DNA of 64,000 bases. It comes from Clostridia bacterium (GTDB lineage Bacteria > Bacillota > Clostridia > TANB77 > CAG-508). The notes beneath the pieces were generated by a model. That model did not search any database. It had not been told where the DNA came from and saw only the letters and a list, made by a program, of their open reading frames with translations. Both the position numbers and the translations under genes were made by a program. The stretch's first letter is position 1. Every line of letters begins with the position of its first letter. Positions 9,837 to 20,168 of the stretch are shown here, piece by piece. The stretch spans positions 15,216 through 79,215 of the forward strand of contig JAGBAJ010000038.1 in NCBI GenBank assembly GCA_017939755.1, in the 5' to 3' direction.

Positions 9837-10850
9837 ATGGTGTTAAAAGGTATTGATATAAGCTCTCATAATGAAACTATAGATTTTGATAAAGTAAGGT
9901 CATCAGGAATAGAAGTGGTAATTATGCGCTGTGGATATGGTAAAGAATTATCACAAAAGGATGAAAAGTTCGATGAATATTATAATTTAGCATATAATAA
10001 GTTTAAGTTGGGGACATATTTATATTCATATGCAAACAGTATAGAAACTGCTAAATTAGAAGCAAAGAATACACTGGAGCTAATAAAAAACAAAGATTTT
10101 GATTATGTTTTTTATGATATGGAAGATAAAAAGGCAGAGAAATTATCAAAAGATACTATAACAAGCATGTACTTTGCATATAAAGAAATAATAGAGCAAG
10201 CTGGCTATAAATGTGGAATTTATTGCAATAAGAATTGGGCCAATAACAAAATTAATATATCGAAAATACCAGATATAAAGTGGGTTGCAGCGTATGGCGA
10301 AAATAATGGCAAAATTCCTTCTGAATCTGTAAAATTTTCTGATTGTGATATATGGCAATATACAAATCAAGGAAAAATAGATGGAATAAATGGAAATGTA
10401 GACTTAAATATAATCTATAATTGGGAAGGAAAACAAGTTTCTATTCAACCACAGAAAGATAATAAAGGAATCATAGCAACAATTCAAGAATCTTTAAATA
10501 GCAAATATGGATTGAATATAGGTGTTGATAATATTTATGGAAAAGAAACTAAGAAAGCACTTGTTATTGCACTGCAAATAGAATTAAATACTCAGTACAA
10601 AAAAGACTTAGTGGTCGACGGAATTTTTGGAGCAAATACAAAGAATGCATGTGTACTTGTAAGAAAAGGTGCTAGAGGTAATATAACATATATTATACAA
10701 GCTATGTTGTATTGCAAAGGATATAATACCAATGGTGTAGATGGCATATTTGGTAACACTACAGATATAGCTGTTAGACAATTTCAAAAAGATAATGGAT
10801 TGACAGCAGATGGTATTGTGCGGAAAGAATACTTTTTCGAAATTATTTAG
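9837..10850 (+). CDS. GH25 muramidase with C-terminal peptidoglycan-binding repeats
   Basis: KGIDISSHNETIDFDKV and DIWQYT are typical of GH25. Two PG_binding_1-like repeats (DNIYGKETKKAL, DGIFGNTTDIAVRQFQKDNGLTADGIV). RBS gggaggtg. Confidence 0.8.
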   Translation: MVLKGIDISSHNETIDFDKVRSSGIEVVIMRCGYGKELSQKDEKFDEYYNLAYNKFKLGTYLYSYANSIETAKLEAKNTLELIKNKDFDYVFYDMEDKKAEKLSKDTITSMYFAYKEIIEQAGYKCGIYCNKNWANNKINISKIPDIKWVAAYGENNGKIPSESVKFSDCDIWQYTNQGKIDGINGNVDLNIIYNWEGKQVSIQPQKDNKGIIATIQESLNSKYGLNIGVDNIYGKETKKALVIALQIELNTQYKKDLVVDGIFGANTKNACVLVRKGARGNITYIIQAMLYCKGYNTNGVDGIFGNTTDIAVRQFQKDNGLTADGIVRKEYFFEII

Positions 10851-11049
10851 CTAAAATTGTTACTGTAATTCTCAATTTAAAAAAAAGGGCTAAAGGTCAT
10901 TCGTAAGATGGTTTTTAGTCTTTAATAGTTTAAAAAAGCGTATACTGATAAATTTTATAAAAAAATCGAGAAAAAATTACGAACTTAAAAATTTGATATT
11001 ATTACATAAAAATCTCCAAAAAGTTAAAAATACTAAAAAGGAGATTTTT

Positions 11050-13617
11050 ATGTATCATGCTAAGAATATAAAGGAGATATTTGAAGAATTAAATATTACA
11101 GAGCAAGGGTTAACTGAGGAAGATGCCATAAAAAGGTTAAAAACTTATGGTAGCAATGAAATACCTAAATCAAATGAAATTACTATAACCAAAATTTTTA
11201 TAGAGCAATTTAAAAGTCCAATTGTTTTAATTTTGTTAATAGCAGCTATTTTTTCTATAATTACAAAAAGCTATTCAGATTCTATATTTATATTTCTGGT
11301 TATATTAATAAATGGAGTTATAGGTACTTATCAGGAATGGAGCTCTGAAAAAAGTGCAGAAAAATTGCAGAATATGATAAAAATTAGGGCAAAGGTAATA
11401 AGATCTAGAAAAGAAGTATTAGTAGATTCAAAAGATGTAGTGGTAGGAGATATATTGGTTTTAGAGTCTGGAGATAAAGTATCAGCAGACTGTAGATTAA
11501 TTGAAACGAACAATTTAAGTATTGATGAGTCTATACTTACAGGAGAATCAGTTTCAAAAAATAAAAGTGAAGATGTTATTGCGGAAGACACTATTGTTGC
11601 AGAAAGAAGTAATATTGCATATGCAGGAACAATTGTAACAAATGGTAGGGGAAAAGCAGTTGTAACTAGTGTTGGAAGTAAAACAGAATTTGGAAAAATA
11701 GCAGATAAAGTTATTACTTCTGAAAGCACAAAATCACCATTAGTAATAAGAATGGAAAAATTTGTTAAGCAGATTAGTATTGGATTTTTGTTTTTAGCAG
11801 GTATAATATCAATTTTATTATACTTTAAAGGATATGGAATACTCGAAATATTTCAAAATGTAGTAGCACTTACTGTTTCGGCAATTCCAGAAGGACTAAC
11901 AATTGCTATGACAATTGTACTTTCAATTGCATCATCTAAAATGGCTAAAAGGAATGTTATTGTAAAAAAATTAAATGCAGTAGAAAGTTTAGGAAGTTGC
12001 ACAGTAATTGCAACAGATAAAACAGGTACATTAACTGCAAATGAACAGACTGCAAAAAGAATTGTTTTACCATCTGGAGATATGGCATATATAAAAGGTG
12101 TTGGGTATGATGTAAAAGGAGAAGTTCTTTTTAGCGATAATATTTCAAAAGAAAATAAAGATGCCATTTATGAGATTGCTAAAATGGGGGTTTTAAATAA
12201 TGAAGCTACTTTATTCTACGAAGATGAAAAAATAAAATGCCATGGAGATGCAATAGATATTGCTTTTTTAGTGCTAGGGGAAAAGATGTGGGTAAAAAAA
12301 GATGAAGAAATTATTGAAAGAATACCATATGAATCTAAGCAAAAATATTCAGCGATAACATATAAAGATGACAAAGGAAATATAGAATATACTACAAAAG
12401 GAGCACCTGAGAAAATATTGGATTTTTGTTCATATATGAAAGTGAATGGAAAAAATATGCAAATAGATAAAGAAATTATACTAAAACAATCAGAAGAATT
12501 AGCAGAGCAGGGATTTAGAATAATTGCTCTTGCTAAAGGACAAAAAGATGATATGACTTTTTTAGGAATGGTTGCATTTGTAGATCCAGTAAGAGAGGAT
12601 GTAGAAGATGCAATACAAATTTGCAATTCGGCTGGAATAAAGGTTGTTATGATAACAGGAGATAACCCTAAAACTGCTGAGGCAATAGGTAATAGAATTG
12701 GAATAAAAGATATACATGCAAGAGCTACTCCATTGCAGAAATTAGAAATTGTAGAGGACTTTAAAAGTAAAGGCGAGTTTATAGCCGTTACTGGTGATGG
12801 TGTTAATGATAGCCCTGCACTAAAGTCTGCGAATATTGGTATTGCAATGGGAAGCGGAACAGATATTGCAAAAGAAACTGGGAATATGATAATTTCAGAT
12901 GATAATTTTTCTACAATAGTTAAAGGTGTAGAAGAGGGTCGTAGAGCTTATAATAATATTAGAAAAGTAATTTACTTGTTACTATCAACAGGATTTTCAG
13001 AGATTATATTATATGTGTTATCTATAATTTTTGGATTGCCAATACCACTTACAGCAATTCAACTTTTGTGGCTAAATTTAATAAGTAATGGTATTCAGGG
13101 AGATGCCCTAGCTTTTGAAAAAGATATTGATAATGTGATGAATCGAAAAGTTAAAAATTCAAAGGAATCTATTGTAAATAAATTATTAATAAGTGAGATT
13201 CTTATATCATCATTTACAATGGCTATTATTGAATTTATTTTGTATGTGTATCTAGTAAAATATGCAAAATTAGATATTTCTATTATAAGAGCATATTTAT
13301 TAACTTTAATGGTGTTTATGGAAAATATTCATATTTTTAATTGTAGAAGTGAAACTATTTCTTGTTTTAGAATTGCGGGAACTAATAATAAATTTTTAAT
13401 TTTTTCTATATTAATAACTTCAGTTATACAACTTATAATAGTAAGAGTACCAGCATTTGCAAACTTTTTTGGATTAGAAATACTATCAACTGATGGGGCA
13501 GGATTAATGTTAATTTTTACAATTCCAATTATAGTTGTTATGGAATTATTTAAACGAATAAATAAAAGAAATATGGCTCGGAGTTTAAATTTGAAATGCA
13601 TAACATTATTTAAATGA
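11050..13617 (+). CDS. P-type cation-transporting ATPase (Ca2+/Mg2+-type, P2 family)
   Basis: DKTGTLT phosphorylation motif, TGES, TGDGVNDSPALK, and about 10 TM segments. RBS aaaaaggag. Confidence 0.9.
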   Translation: MYHAKNIKEIFEELNITEQGLTEEDAIKRLKTYGSNEIPKSNEITITKIFIEQFKSPIVLILLIAAIFSIITKSYSDSIFIFLVILINGVIGTYQEWSSEKSAEKLQNMIKIRAKVIRSRKEVLVDSKDVVVGDILVLESGDKVSADCRLIETNNLSIDESILTGESVSKNKSEDVIAEDTIVAERSNIAYAGTIVTNGRGKAVVTSVGSKTEFGKIADKVITSESTKSPLVIRMEKFVKQISIGFLFLAGIISILLYFKGYGILEIFQNVVALTVSAIPEGLTIAMTIVLSIASSKMAKRNVIVKKLNAVESLGSCTVIATDKTGTLTANEQTAKRIVLPSGDMAYIKGVGYDVKGEVLFSDNISKENKDAIYEIAKMGVLNNEATLFYEDEKIKCHGDAIDIAFLVLGEKMWVKKDEEIIERIPYESKQKYSAITYKDDKGNIEYTTKGAPEKILDFCSYMKVNGKNMQIDKEIILKQSEELAEQGFRIIALAKGQKDDMTFLGMVAFVDPVREDVEDAIQICNSAGIKVVMITGDNPKTAEAIGNRIGIKDIHARATPLQKLEIVEDFKSKGEFIAVTGDGVNDSPALKSANIGIAMGSGTDIAKETGNMIISDDNFSTIVKGVEEGRRAYNNIRKVIYLLLSTGFSEIILYVLSIIFGLPIPLTAIQLLWLNLISNGIQGDALAFEKDIDNVMNRKVKNSKESIVNKLLISEILISSFTMAIIEFILYVYLVKYAKLDISIIRAYLLTLMVFMENIHIFNCRSETISCFRIAGTNNKFLIFSILITSVIQLIIVRVPAFANFFGLEILSTDGAGLMLIFTIPIIVVMELFKRINKRNMARSLNLKCITLFK

Positions 13618-13636
13618 ACGATGGTTAAAAGGAAAA

Positions 13637-13665
13637 CCACCCTCAGTAACAGTTTTTGAGGGTGG
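13637..13665. terminator. Bidirectional terminator between convergent genes
   Basis: Stem ccaccctca / tgagggtgg, flanked by A- and T-rich tracts. Confidence 0.7.
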
Positions 13666-13673
13666 CTCTTTTA

Positions 13674-14162
13674 TTATCTTCTATCTACAATATCAATAAC
13701 TTCTCCAATGTACATGCGATGGATTGGGTCTGTTTTATAGAATTTATTGATTAGCTCTTTAGGTATTTGCTTGATATCCAAGTCTTGAAAGTAAATTTTT
13801 TTACATATTAATGTTAATTTTGATTCATTAAAAGTAACTGTATTTTCATAAAATTCTGGTGTGAGTTTTGTAAGTGCAACTTTGTCGCAATCTTTACCAG
13901 ATGTGCTGCCCAATAGCCTTAAGTCCTTTTTATATTCTTCATCATAAAAACTTAAAGTAAAATATTCATTGTTTTCCATAAATTTATATGTGTAACGAAT
14001 TGGTTTCACATAAACCGTAACAACAGGTTTTCCCCATAGAGTTCCCAAACCTCCCCAACTTACAGTCATTGTATTAAATTGGTTCTCATTTCCAGATGTT
14101 AATAAAGCCCATTCTTGATCTAGTGAATATAGAGGGGCAAAATTAAAGTTTTTTAAATCCAT
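13674..14162 (-). CDS. Flavin reductase-like (FMN-binding split-barrel) protein
   Basis: EWALLTSGNENQFNTMTVSWGGLGTLWGKPVVTVYVKPIRYT resembles small clostridial flavin reductase-family proteins. The start is set at the internal ATG with RBS aaggag. Confidence 0.6.
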   Translation of the reverse strand: MDLKNFNFAPLYSLDQEWALLTSGNENQFNTMTVSWGGLGTLWGKPVVTVYVKPIRYTYKFMENNEYFTLSFYDEEYKKDLRLLGSTSGKDCDKVALTKLTPEFYENTVTFNESKLTLICKKIYFQDLDIKQIPKELINKFYKTDPIHRMYIGEVIDIVDRR

Positions 14163-14245
14163 AATAATAATCTCCTTATAATTTTTTTTATACATTAATT
14201 AAACTATTGATTCATAACGATGTCAACCAAACATTTTCTTTATAG

Positions 14246-14827
14246 TTATTGTTTATAAGTTGATTTGACAGATAGATTATTTTGAATTAGCTCTAATTGT
14301 CTAACTCCTTCACTTTGTTCCCTAATTATATTTCTGGCTACGCCAGCTAATCTAGGATCAATACAATATTGTAGTAAATTATTACACATAGCAATAGCTC
14401 CTTCATGATGTGGAATCATTTCTCTTGTAAAATTTAAATTTATATTAGTAGATGTACAGCTATGTCTCATTCTATAAAACATATTTTTGGCAATTGTTAG
14501 ATATTTTTCTGTATAGCACTTAACATCTTTAGGGCAGTTATCAAAACCTTTAGTAGTTTGCGCAATTTCTTTCATTTGTCGAATGCCTTCTGTTTGTGTT
14601 TGAATAATATTATTAGCAATATTTTCAAGTGGTGGATAATTTGTATATTTTAATAAATTTTCACACATATAAATTGCAGCTTGATGGTGAGGAATCATAC
14701 AGCGAATAAAATATACTGTTATATTATCCGTGGGTTTTGCAGAAATCATTTGTTGTTCCATTTGATTTAGTATTTGAAAAAATCGAGCCAAATACAGCTT
14801 GGCATTTTGCATTTCGTTACAATTCAT
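14246..14827 (-). CDS. DUF305-family protein (two repeats)
   Basis: Duplicated MIPHHQAAI / MIPHHEGAI motifs. Confidence 0.7.
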   Translation of the reverse strand: MNCNEMQNAKLYLARFFQILNQMEQQMISAKPTDNITVYFIRCMIPHHQAAIYMCENLLKYTNYPPLENIANNIIQTQTEGIRQMKEIAQTTKGFDNCPKDVKCYTEKYLTIAKNMFYRMRHSCTSTNINLNFTREMIPHHEGAIAMCNNLLQYCIDPRLAGVARNIIREQSEGVRQLELIQNNLSVKSTYKQ

Positions 14828-14969
14828 TTTATACCTCCTAATATATTATAAGAGCTAGATATGAAAATGTGATAGACTTTATGTTTGTTTTGGGATTTTG
14901 ATGGTACCTTTAATATAGGAAGGCTTTGTAAAAATATTGAACACAAATTATGAATTTTCATAAAATATA

Positions 14970-15477
14970 TTGGTGATTAATTTGAAAAATATTATTTATA
15001 ATAGAGCAAATGTCTTGAATTATGCTAAAGAGTGGGCATTTGGTAGAAACCCTAAATATTATAATTATGATAGCATAGGAGGAGATTGTACAAATTTTAT
15101 TTCACAGTGCGTTTTTTCTGGATGTAATATAATGAACTATTCAAAGCAAAATGGATGGTACTATATAAATGCAAATGATAAATCTCCATCATGGACGGGA
15201 GTGCAGTTTTTTTATAACTTTTTATGTGGAAATAAATCAGTTGGACCTTATGGCATAGAATGTAGCCAAAACGAAGTAGAAGTTCGGAGATATTGCTCAA
15301 CTTTCCTTTGATGGAGCAAAATATGAACATACATTAGTAATAGTAAAAATTACAAACAACTTTGAATCAAAGCATATTTTTACAGCTTCACATACATATG
15401 ATTCATTTGAACGAGATGTTTATAGTTATAATTTTAAGAAAATTCGATTTGTTCATATTGAAGGTGCTAGGGAGTGA
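14970..15477 (+). pseudogene. Putative amidase-domain protein interrupted by a +1 frameshift near 15278-15286
   Basis: Frame 0 gives YAKEWAFGRNPKYYNYDSIGGDCTNFISQCVFSG and stops at 15311. Frame 1 continues ..GDIAQLSFDGAKYEHTLVIVKI..FVHIEGARE to the stop at 15475-15477. Confidence 0.6.
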
Positions 15478-15636
15478 TTTTGGGGACACCTTCCGAAAAC
15501 ATCTAAGAAAGCTCTTAAAACCACGTCGAAAGCCTAGCTCTTTTTAACGTAGATGGATTAAAATATTATAGATGTGTTGGGTTTTACATTAGTTTGTGAT
15601 ATAATCTGCAACAAAAGAAGTATAGGAGTTGTTTTT

Positions 15637-16176
15637 ATGAATTTAATATGTAAATTAACAGATAAAGATATAGGTGAAGAATATATTGAAATGGAAAACC
15701 CAAGTTTAAGAAGGGGCGCAAGAGGTATTGTTATTAATAATGATGGGAAAATTGCGGTATTTTATAAGTCTGCTAAAAATGAGTATAAGCTTCCAGGTGG
15801 AGGAATAGAAGGAGATGAAACGCCAGAGCTAGCATTTAAAAGAGAAGTTTTAGAGGAAACCGGATGTAAAGTGGAGATTATAGATAATTTAGGCATAACT
15901 GAGGAGCTTAAAAATAGGACAAATTTTAAACAGATATCATATGTGTTTGTTGGCAAGGTGATTGAGGATACACACAAATTACATCTTACAAAATCAGAGC
16001 AAAAAGCAAAGGCAATGTTACTATGGGAAACACCTGAAAAAGCTTTAGAGCTAGTTACTAATTGTTATGACAAAATAACAGCAGATGAAATATCTGTGTA
16101 CATGACAAAGTTTATTGTAACCAGAGATAGAAAAATTATTGAGTACTATATGAATAAAGATACTGCAAATACATAA
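15637..16176 (+). CDS. NUDIX hydrolase
   Basis: Nudix box GGGIEGDETPELAFKREVLEETG. Confidence 0.8.
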   Translation: MNLICKLTDKDIGEEYIEMENPSLRRGARGIVINNDGKIAVFYKSAKNEYKLPGGGIEGDETPELAFKREVLEETGCKVEIIDNLGITEELKNRTNFKQISYVFVGKVIEDTHKLHLTKSEQKAKAMLLWETPEKALELVTNCYDKITADEISVYMTKFIVTRDRKIIEYYMNKDTANT

Positions 16177-16307
16177 CTCTGATAGCAAATTTTTTTGTAC
16201 TATATGAGTGAAATGTGAATATAATATAGGAATGAGGTTTTATCTCATATATGTAAAACAGGCTTTTAAAGCCATGACCATCACTAATTGTGACAAGGAG
16301 GTTCTAT

Positions 16308-17105
16308 ATGTCAAGAATTGTATCTTATGAAATGCTTGAACTTGAGAATGGTATGCATAGTAAGATGTATAGTGCAATATATGGTTTTTACAACCGGTTT
16401 GCATGTGTAGCTCTCAATGGCAAGTGGGGTTTTATAAACGAAGAAGGAGAAGAAGTTATTCCACCAATTTACGATGAAGTAATGAATTTTAATCAAAATC
16501 ATGCAAGAGTTAAAGTTGGAGGTAAATGGGGAATTATTAATGAAAAAGGCGAAGTCGCTATTCCATTCATGTATGAGGAGATTGGAACCTATCAGGAAAA
16601 TCTTATTAGAGTAAAAGTGAGCGACAAATGGGGATTAATAAATGATAGGGAAGAAGTTATTATTTCACCAAAGTATCACAGCATCCATGAATTCATAGAA
16701 GGATATGCACGAGTGGAATTAGAAGGTAAGTGGGGCTTTGTAAATGAGCATGGAGAAGAAGTTGTTCCTTTGAAATACAATGGCGCTACACACTTTCATA
16801 ATGGTTTTGCTCAAGTAAAACTTAAGCGTAAATGGGGAAGTATAAACAAACATGGAGAAGTAGTGGTACCAATAAGGTATGATGAAGAGGAAATGTTTGA
16901 AGAAGGATTATCACGTGTAAAACGTGGATCTAAGTATGGTTTTGTAGATATTACTGGAAGGGAAGTAATTCCTATAAAGTATAAGTTTGCAAATTATCGT
17001 TTCGAAAATGGACGCTGCCATGTGGTAGTAGAAAACTTATTAGAGCGAGTAGAATATACCATTGACAAAGACGGAAATATTTTAGAACAGATTATATATT
17101 ATTAA
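16308..17105 (+). CDS. WG-repeat (KWG) protein
   Basis: Eight or more repeats of GKWGxINxxGEEVIPxxY. RBS aaggagg. Confidence 0.8.
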   Translation: MSRIVSYEMLELENGMHSKMYSAIYGFYNRFACVALNGKWGFINEEGEEVIPPIYDEVMNFNQNHARVKVGGKWGIINEKGEVAIPFMYEEIGTYQENLIRVKVSDKWGLINDREEVIISPKYHSIHEFIEGYARVELEGKWGFVNEHGEEVVPLKYNGATHFHNGFAQVKLKRKWGSINKHGEVVVPIRYDEEEMFEEGLSRVKRGSKYGFVDITGREVIPIKYKFANYRFENGRCHVVVENLLERVEYTIDKDGNILEQIIYY

Positions 17106-17126
17106 TTTTTGACATGAATTGAAAAA

Positions 17127-17161
17127 AGAGGTATGAAGTATAAATTTACTAGCATACCTCT
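17127..17161. terminator. Bidirectional terminator hairpin
   Basis: Stem agaggtatg / catacctct between convergent genes. Confidence 0.65.
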
Positions 17162-17177
17162 TAATTTATATAATAAC

Positions 17178-17750
17178 TTATTGATGAGGAATTATATTAT
17201 ATATACCAGCAATTTCTCCTGCTTGATTACCATCTGCAATTATTAGTGGATAATAATCATTTTTGGCCATCCATTCATATACTTCATAAGCGTGATTACA
17301 GCTCATAGTATAAGCATCTTTTAAAAATTGTCTTAAATGTGGATTTGTTGCATCCATAGAAGCAATAGCGTATTCTTTTCCAGCTCTTTTTAGAGTTAAA
17401 AAATATGATAATGCAATTTCTCTATCATTTAATTTTGTTGCTTCTGTATTAATTGTGACAGGTTTTGCTGATTTTGTTTCGTTTACATTTTCAGTAAAAA
17501 TAGATGTGTTAAGAGCAGGTACTTCTAAGTTTCCTGTTGCATTGCAAACATCTTTAACAAATTCTACTTTTTTGTTGTAATCTGCAATATGAAATGGGTA
17601 ATGTGTGTTTAATAAGATTTTTAGTTCTTCGTCTTGAACTTGGCTCTTAAATAAGGACATGCAAGTTATAGTGTTTGCACAGCTAGAAATTAATTCTGAT
17701 AAATTACTTAATTCACAAATAGTTAGTTTCAAATGAATCTCTCCCTTCAT
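17178..17750 (-). CDS. Spore coat protein F-like (two Coat_F-type halves)
   Basis: LNDREIALSYFLTLKRAGKEYAIASMDATNPHLRQFLKDAY resembles the Coat_F pattern. The N-terminal half is similar. Confidence 0.55.
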   Translation of the reverse strand: MKGEIHLKLTICELSNLSELISSCANTITCMSLFKSQVQDEELKILLNTHYPFHIADYNKKVEFVKDVCNATGNLEVPALNTSIFTENVNETKSAKPVTINTEATKLNDREIALSYFLTLKRAGKEYAIASMDATNPHLRQFLKDAYTMSCNHAYEVYEWMAKNDYYPLIIADGNQAGEIAGIYNIIPHQ

Positions 17751-18002
17751 ATAAATAGTATTGTAATACTATTTATCATTTATATAGTGTACATATTCTT
17801 TTTTTATATACATTTAAAAATTATCTAATGTTATTAATTTTATACTGGGGATAGATATCAAATGAATGAAATTTATAAATTTGAAGAGCAATACGAATTG
17901 CCAAGACATATAGAGAGCGAAAGAGCGATATAGAATAAACAATAATATGCGGGCTAAGTTATATACTAAATAATTTTATGTATTAACAAACCCGCTTTTA
18001 AT

Positions 18003-18473
18003 TTAGTTTGGAAGTATTCTTCCACATGCAATTTTTGTTCCAGAATTACCACTTGGTTGAGTTGTGAAATCATCAGGCATATCGTGAATTATCACTACTC
18101 TTCCAATAATATCTCGTACTTTAAATTTATTTACTAATACTTGCATGTAGGCAAAGCCACTATTTTCTAATAGAGGAGGTAAATCTCCTGTATGAAATGG
18201 ATGAGGGCAATTAAACTTGCTATAGTGACTTTTTGCATTAGCAAATTCATCCTCTGGTGTACCGCTACAAGATGTACCACTATGAATGTGAAATCCAAAG
18301 AATCTTCCTTGGCATGGCCCAGTTGATTTTGGCAAGCCATTTATTTTGGCAGTTACAATAACTCCATCTTTAGTTTCCTCAAACAACACTTCACCATTTA
18401 TGGCAGGGAATTTACTACCACCTTTAATAATTGCTTTTGCCTTGGTTATATTGTAATAAACATTTGAATACAT
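18003..18473 (-). CDS. sodC: Cu/Zn superoxide dismutase-family protein, no signal peptide
   Basis: GFHIHSGTSC, HPFHTGDLPPLL, and VIIHDMPDDFTTQPSGNSGTKIACGRI. Confidence 0.75.
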   Translation of the reverse strand: MYSNVYYNITKAKAIIKGGSKFPAINGEVLFEETKDGVIVTAKINGLPKSTGPCQGRFFGFHIHSGTSCSGTPEDEFANAKSHYSKFNCPHPFHTGDLPPLLENSGFAYMQVLVNKFKVRDIIGRVVIIHDMPDDFTTQPSGNSGTKIACGRILPN

Positions 18474-18591
18474 GATAAAACTCCTAACGTATTTTTTATA
18501 TTATATTCAATATAAAAAATGCCGTTACTATTTTTGAGGATACCCCCAAAAACACCTATGGGGATATAGAAAAGATTTTTTATGTAAATTA

Positions 18592-19884
18592 TTATAAAGT
18601 TAATCTTTCTTTTTCTGTTTGGATTATAGCTTTTATATTATCAATTTCATTTTTGCTAAAATATGTGGCCATAATATTTTCATTTTCCAAAAATGTTTCT
18701 AAAATATAAGTATAATGTAACTTTAATAAATTAGTATAGAAACATTTATTATTAGAGCTTTCTATTCGTGTATAATCGTAAAATTTATCAAACCTTTTAT
18801 TTTCGTTACCAGTTTGGACCTTTAACATCGTAAAGTTATTATAATATTTAACCTCAATAAGAGTTTTCATTATACCTGTAATTTTATCAACTAAATCTGC
18901 AATATATCCAGTAAAGTCTTTTTTGTAGCTTTGCACAATTTTTAAATTATAGTCACTAATTAAATTCTTTAAATTATCCTTATCGCATTGTTCAACGTGA
19001 TTAACTAGCTCTTGTGTTTCTTTAGAGAATAGTTTCATACATGATATAAATTCGTTTCCAGAATATTCGGTAAAATCATGGAATAGAGATTTAATAACTA
19101 CTTCATATTTATCAAAGTTTTCTCCAATTTCCTTTAGATAATCACATAAAACATATATCATTATGGTATTCTCATATGTATGAAATAGAACATTTTCTGG
19201 AACTATCAAATGTATCTGTGAAAATCTACTAACATTGCGTAAATTAAGAGCGACTCTTACTAATTTATATATATTATTTTGGTTTAAAATTGCCAATAGT
19301 TTTCTTTTGTTGTCTATATTTATCATAACATCATTAAATAATGTTGATACGTTTTCTAAATATGAGTTTTCTAACTTAAACATGTCAATTTTATTTATAA
19401 TAAAATCATAGGCAAGTTCATTACCTGTTAAGTACAAGTCAAGTAATATAAATATTTCAGCTAATTCTTCGCAAGTATAAAATAATCGTAGTAACTCTGC
19501 ATTTTCGATTTCAACTATATCAATCTTCAATATATCTAAATTTTTATTTAAGTCTAGCATTTTTTCTTTAAATACTATATTTTTAACTTCGTTATATATT
19601 TTTTTATGAGCTACGTTTTCTATTTCTACCTCAAGGTTACCAGTACTATAATTTACTAATTTTTTTATTAGTGCATTTCCTATAATTATTTTTGCATCAT
19701 TCAAATTTAAATTTTTATCTTGTACTAGTTGAAAAAATATATAGCATGCAAGCATGGTTGTATCGATAGTTGTGTATTTATTATTTATTGTTTGAAATTT
19801 TTTTACATTATTTGAGTCGATACAATACAAATATATTTTATACATATCACTTATTAACATATCGTAGTTTATATTATTTTTCAT
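18592..19884 (-). CDS. HD-domain protein (YfbR-like metal site) with an uncharacterised ~215-aa N-terminal extension
   Basis: RFSQIHLIVPENVLFHTYE (H), SLFHDFTEY (HD) and YIADLVDK (D) appear in the order expected for YfbR-type HD phosphohydrolases. Confidence 0.55.
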   Translation of the reverse strand: MKNNINYDMLISDMYKIYLYCIDSNNVKKFQTINNKYTTIDTTMLACYIFFQLVQDKNLNLNDAKIIIGNALIKKLVNYSTGNLEVEIENVAHKKIYNEVKNIVFKEKMLDLNKNLDILKIDIVEIENAELLRLFYTCEELAEIFILLDLYLTGNELAYDFIINKIDMFKLENSYLENVSTLFNDVMINIDNKRKLLAILNQNNIYKLVRVALNLRNVSRFSQIHLIVPENVLFHTYENTIMIYVLCDYLKEIGENFDKYEVVIKSLFHDFTEYSGNEFISCMKLFSKETQELVNHVEQCDKDNLKNLISDYNLKIVQSYKKDFTGYIADLVDKITGIMKTLIEVKYYNNFTMLKVQTGNENKRFDKFYDYTRIESSNNKCFYTNLLKLHYTYILETFLENENIMATYFSKNEIDNIKAIIQTEKERLTL

Positions 19885-20010
19885 ATAATGTTTTCCTTTC
19901 TTATAAAGCAGATATAGATAAAATCTAAATCTTTTTTCAAGTTAATTTTTTATGAGTCTTATTATACTATAATATTTTCTTTTGACAATGTTTTTTAATT
20001 TATACTTAAT

Positions 20011-20168
20011 GATTGGCGTTAATTATTTTATAGTCCAAATATTCTTAATAATTGTATAAAAGAGCTTTGCCACCATGGGGCAGTATATCTAAATTTTGAT
20101 GCACAATATGGAGATAAAAATGGCATTGAAATTCTTCAAATAATTTTATCATTTTCTTCTAAGATATT
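20011..20168 (-). pseudogene. Collapsed remnant of a duplicate of the 21099-22210 region (end of the membrane-protein gene plus three blocks of the SDR gene)
   Basis: gattggcgttaa matches 21099-21110. The following blocks match 21577-21646, 21939-21979 and about 22166-22205, with a few substitutions. Confidence 0.7.

Noticed and set aside
9837-10850. The GH25 lysozyme together with the holin-family gene at 51924-52304 as a prophage lysis cassette.
   Set aside because: The two genes are 41 kb apart. Neither is flanked by phage structural, terminase or integrase genes, and both have host-like composition.
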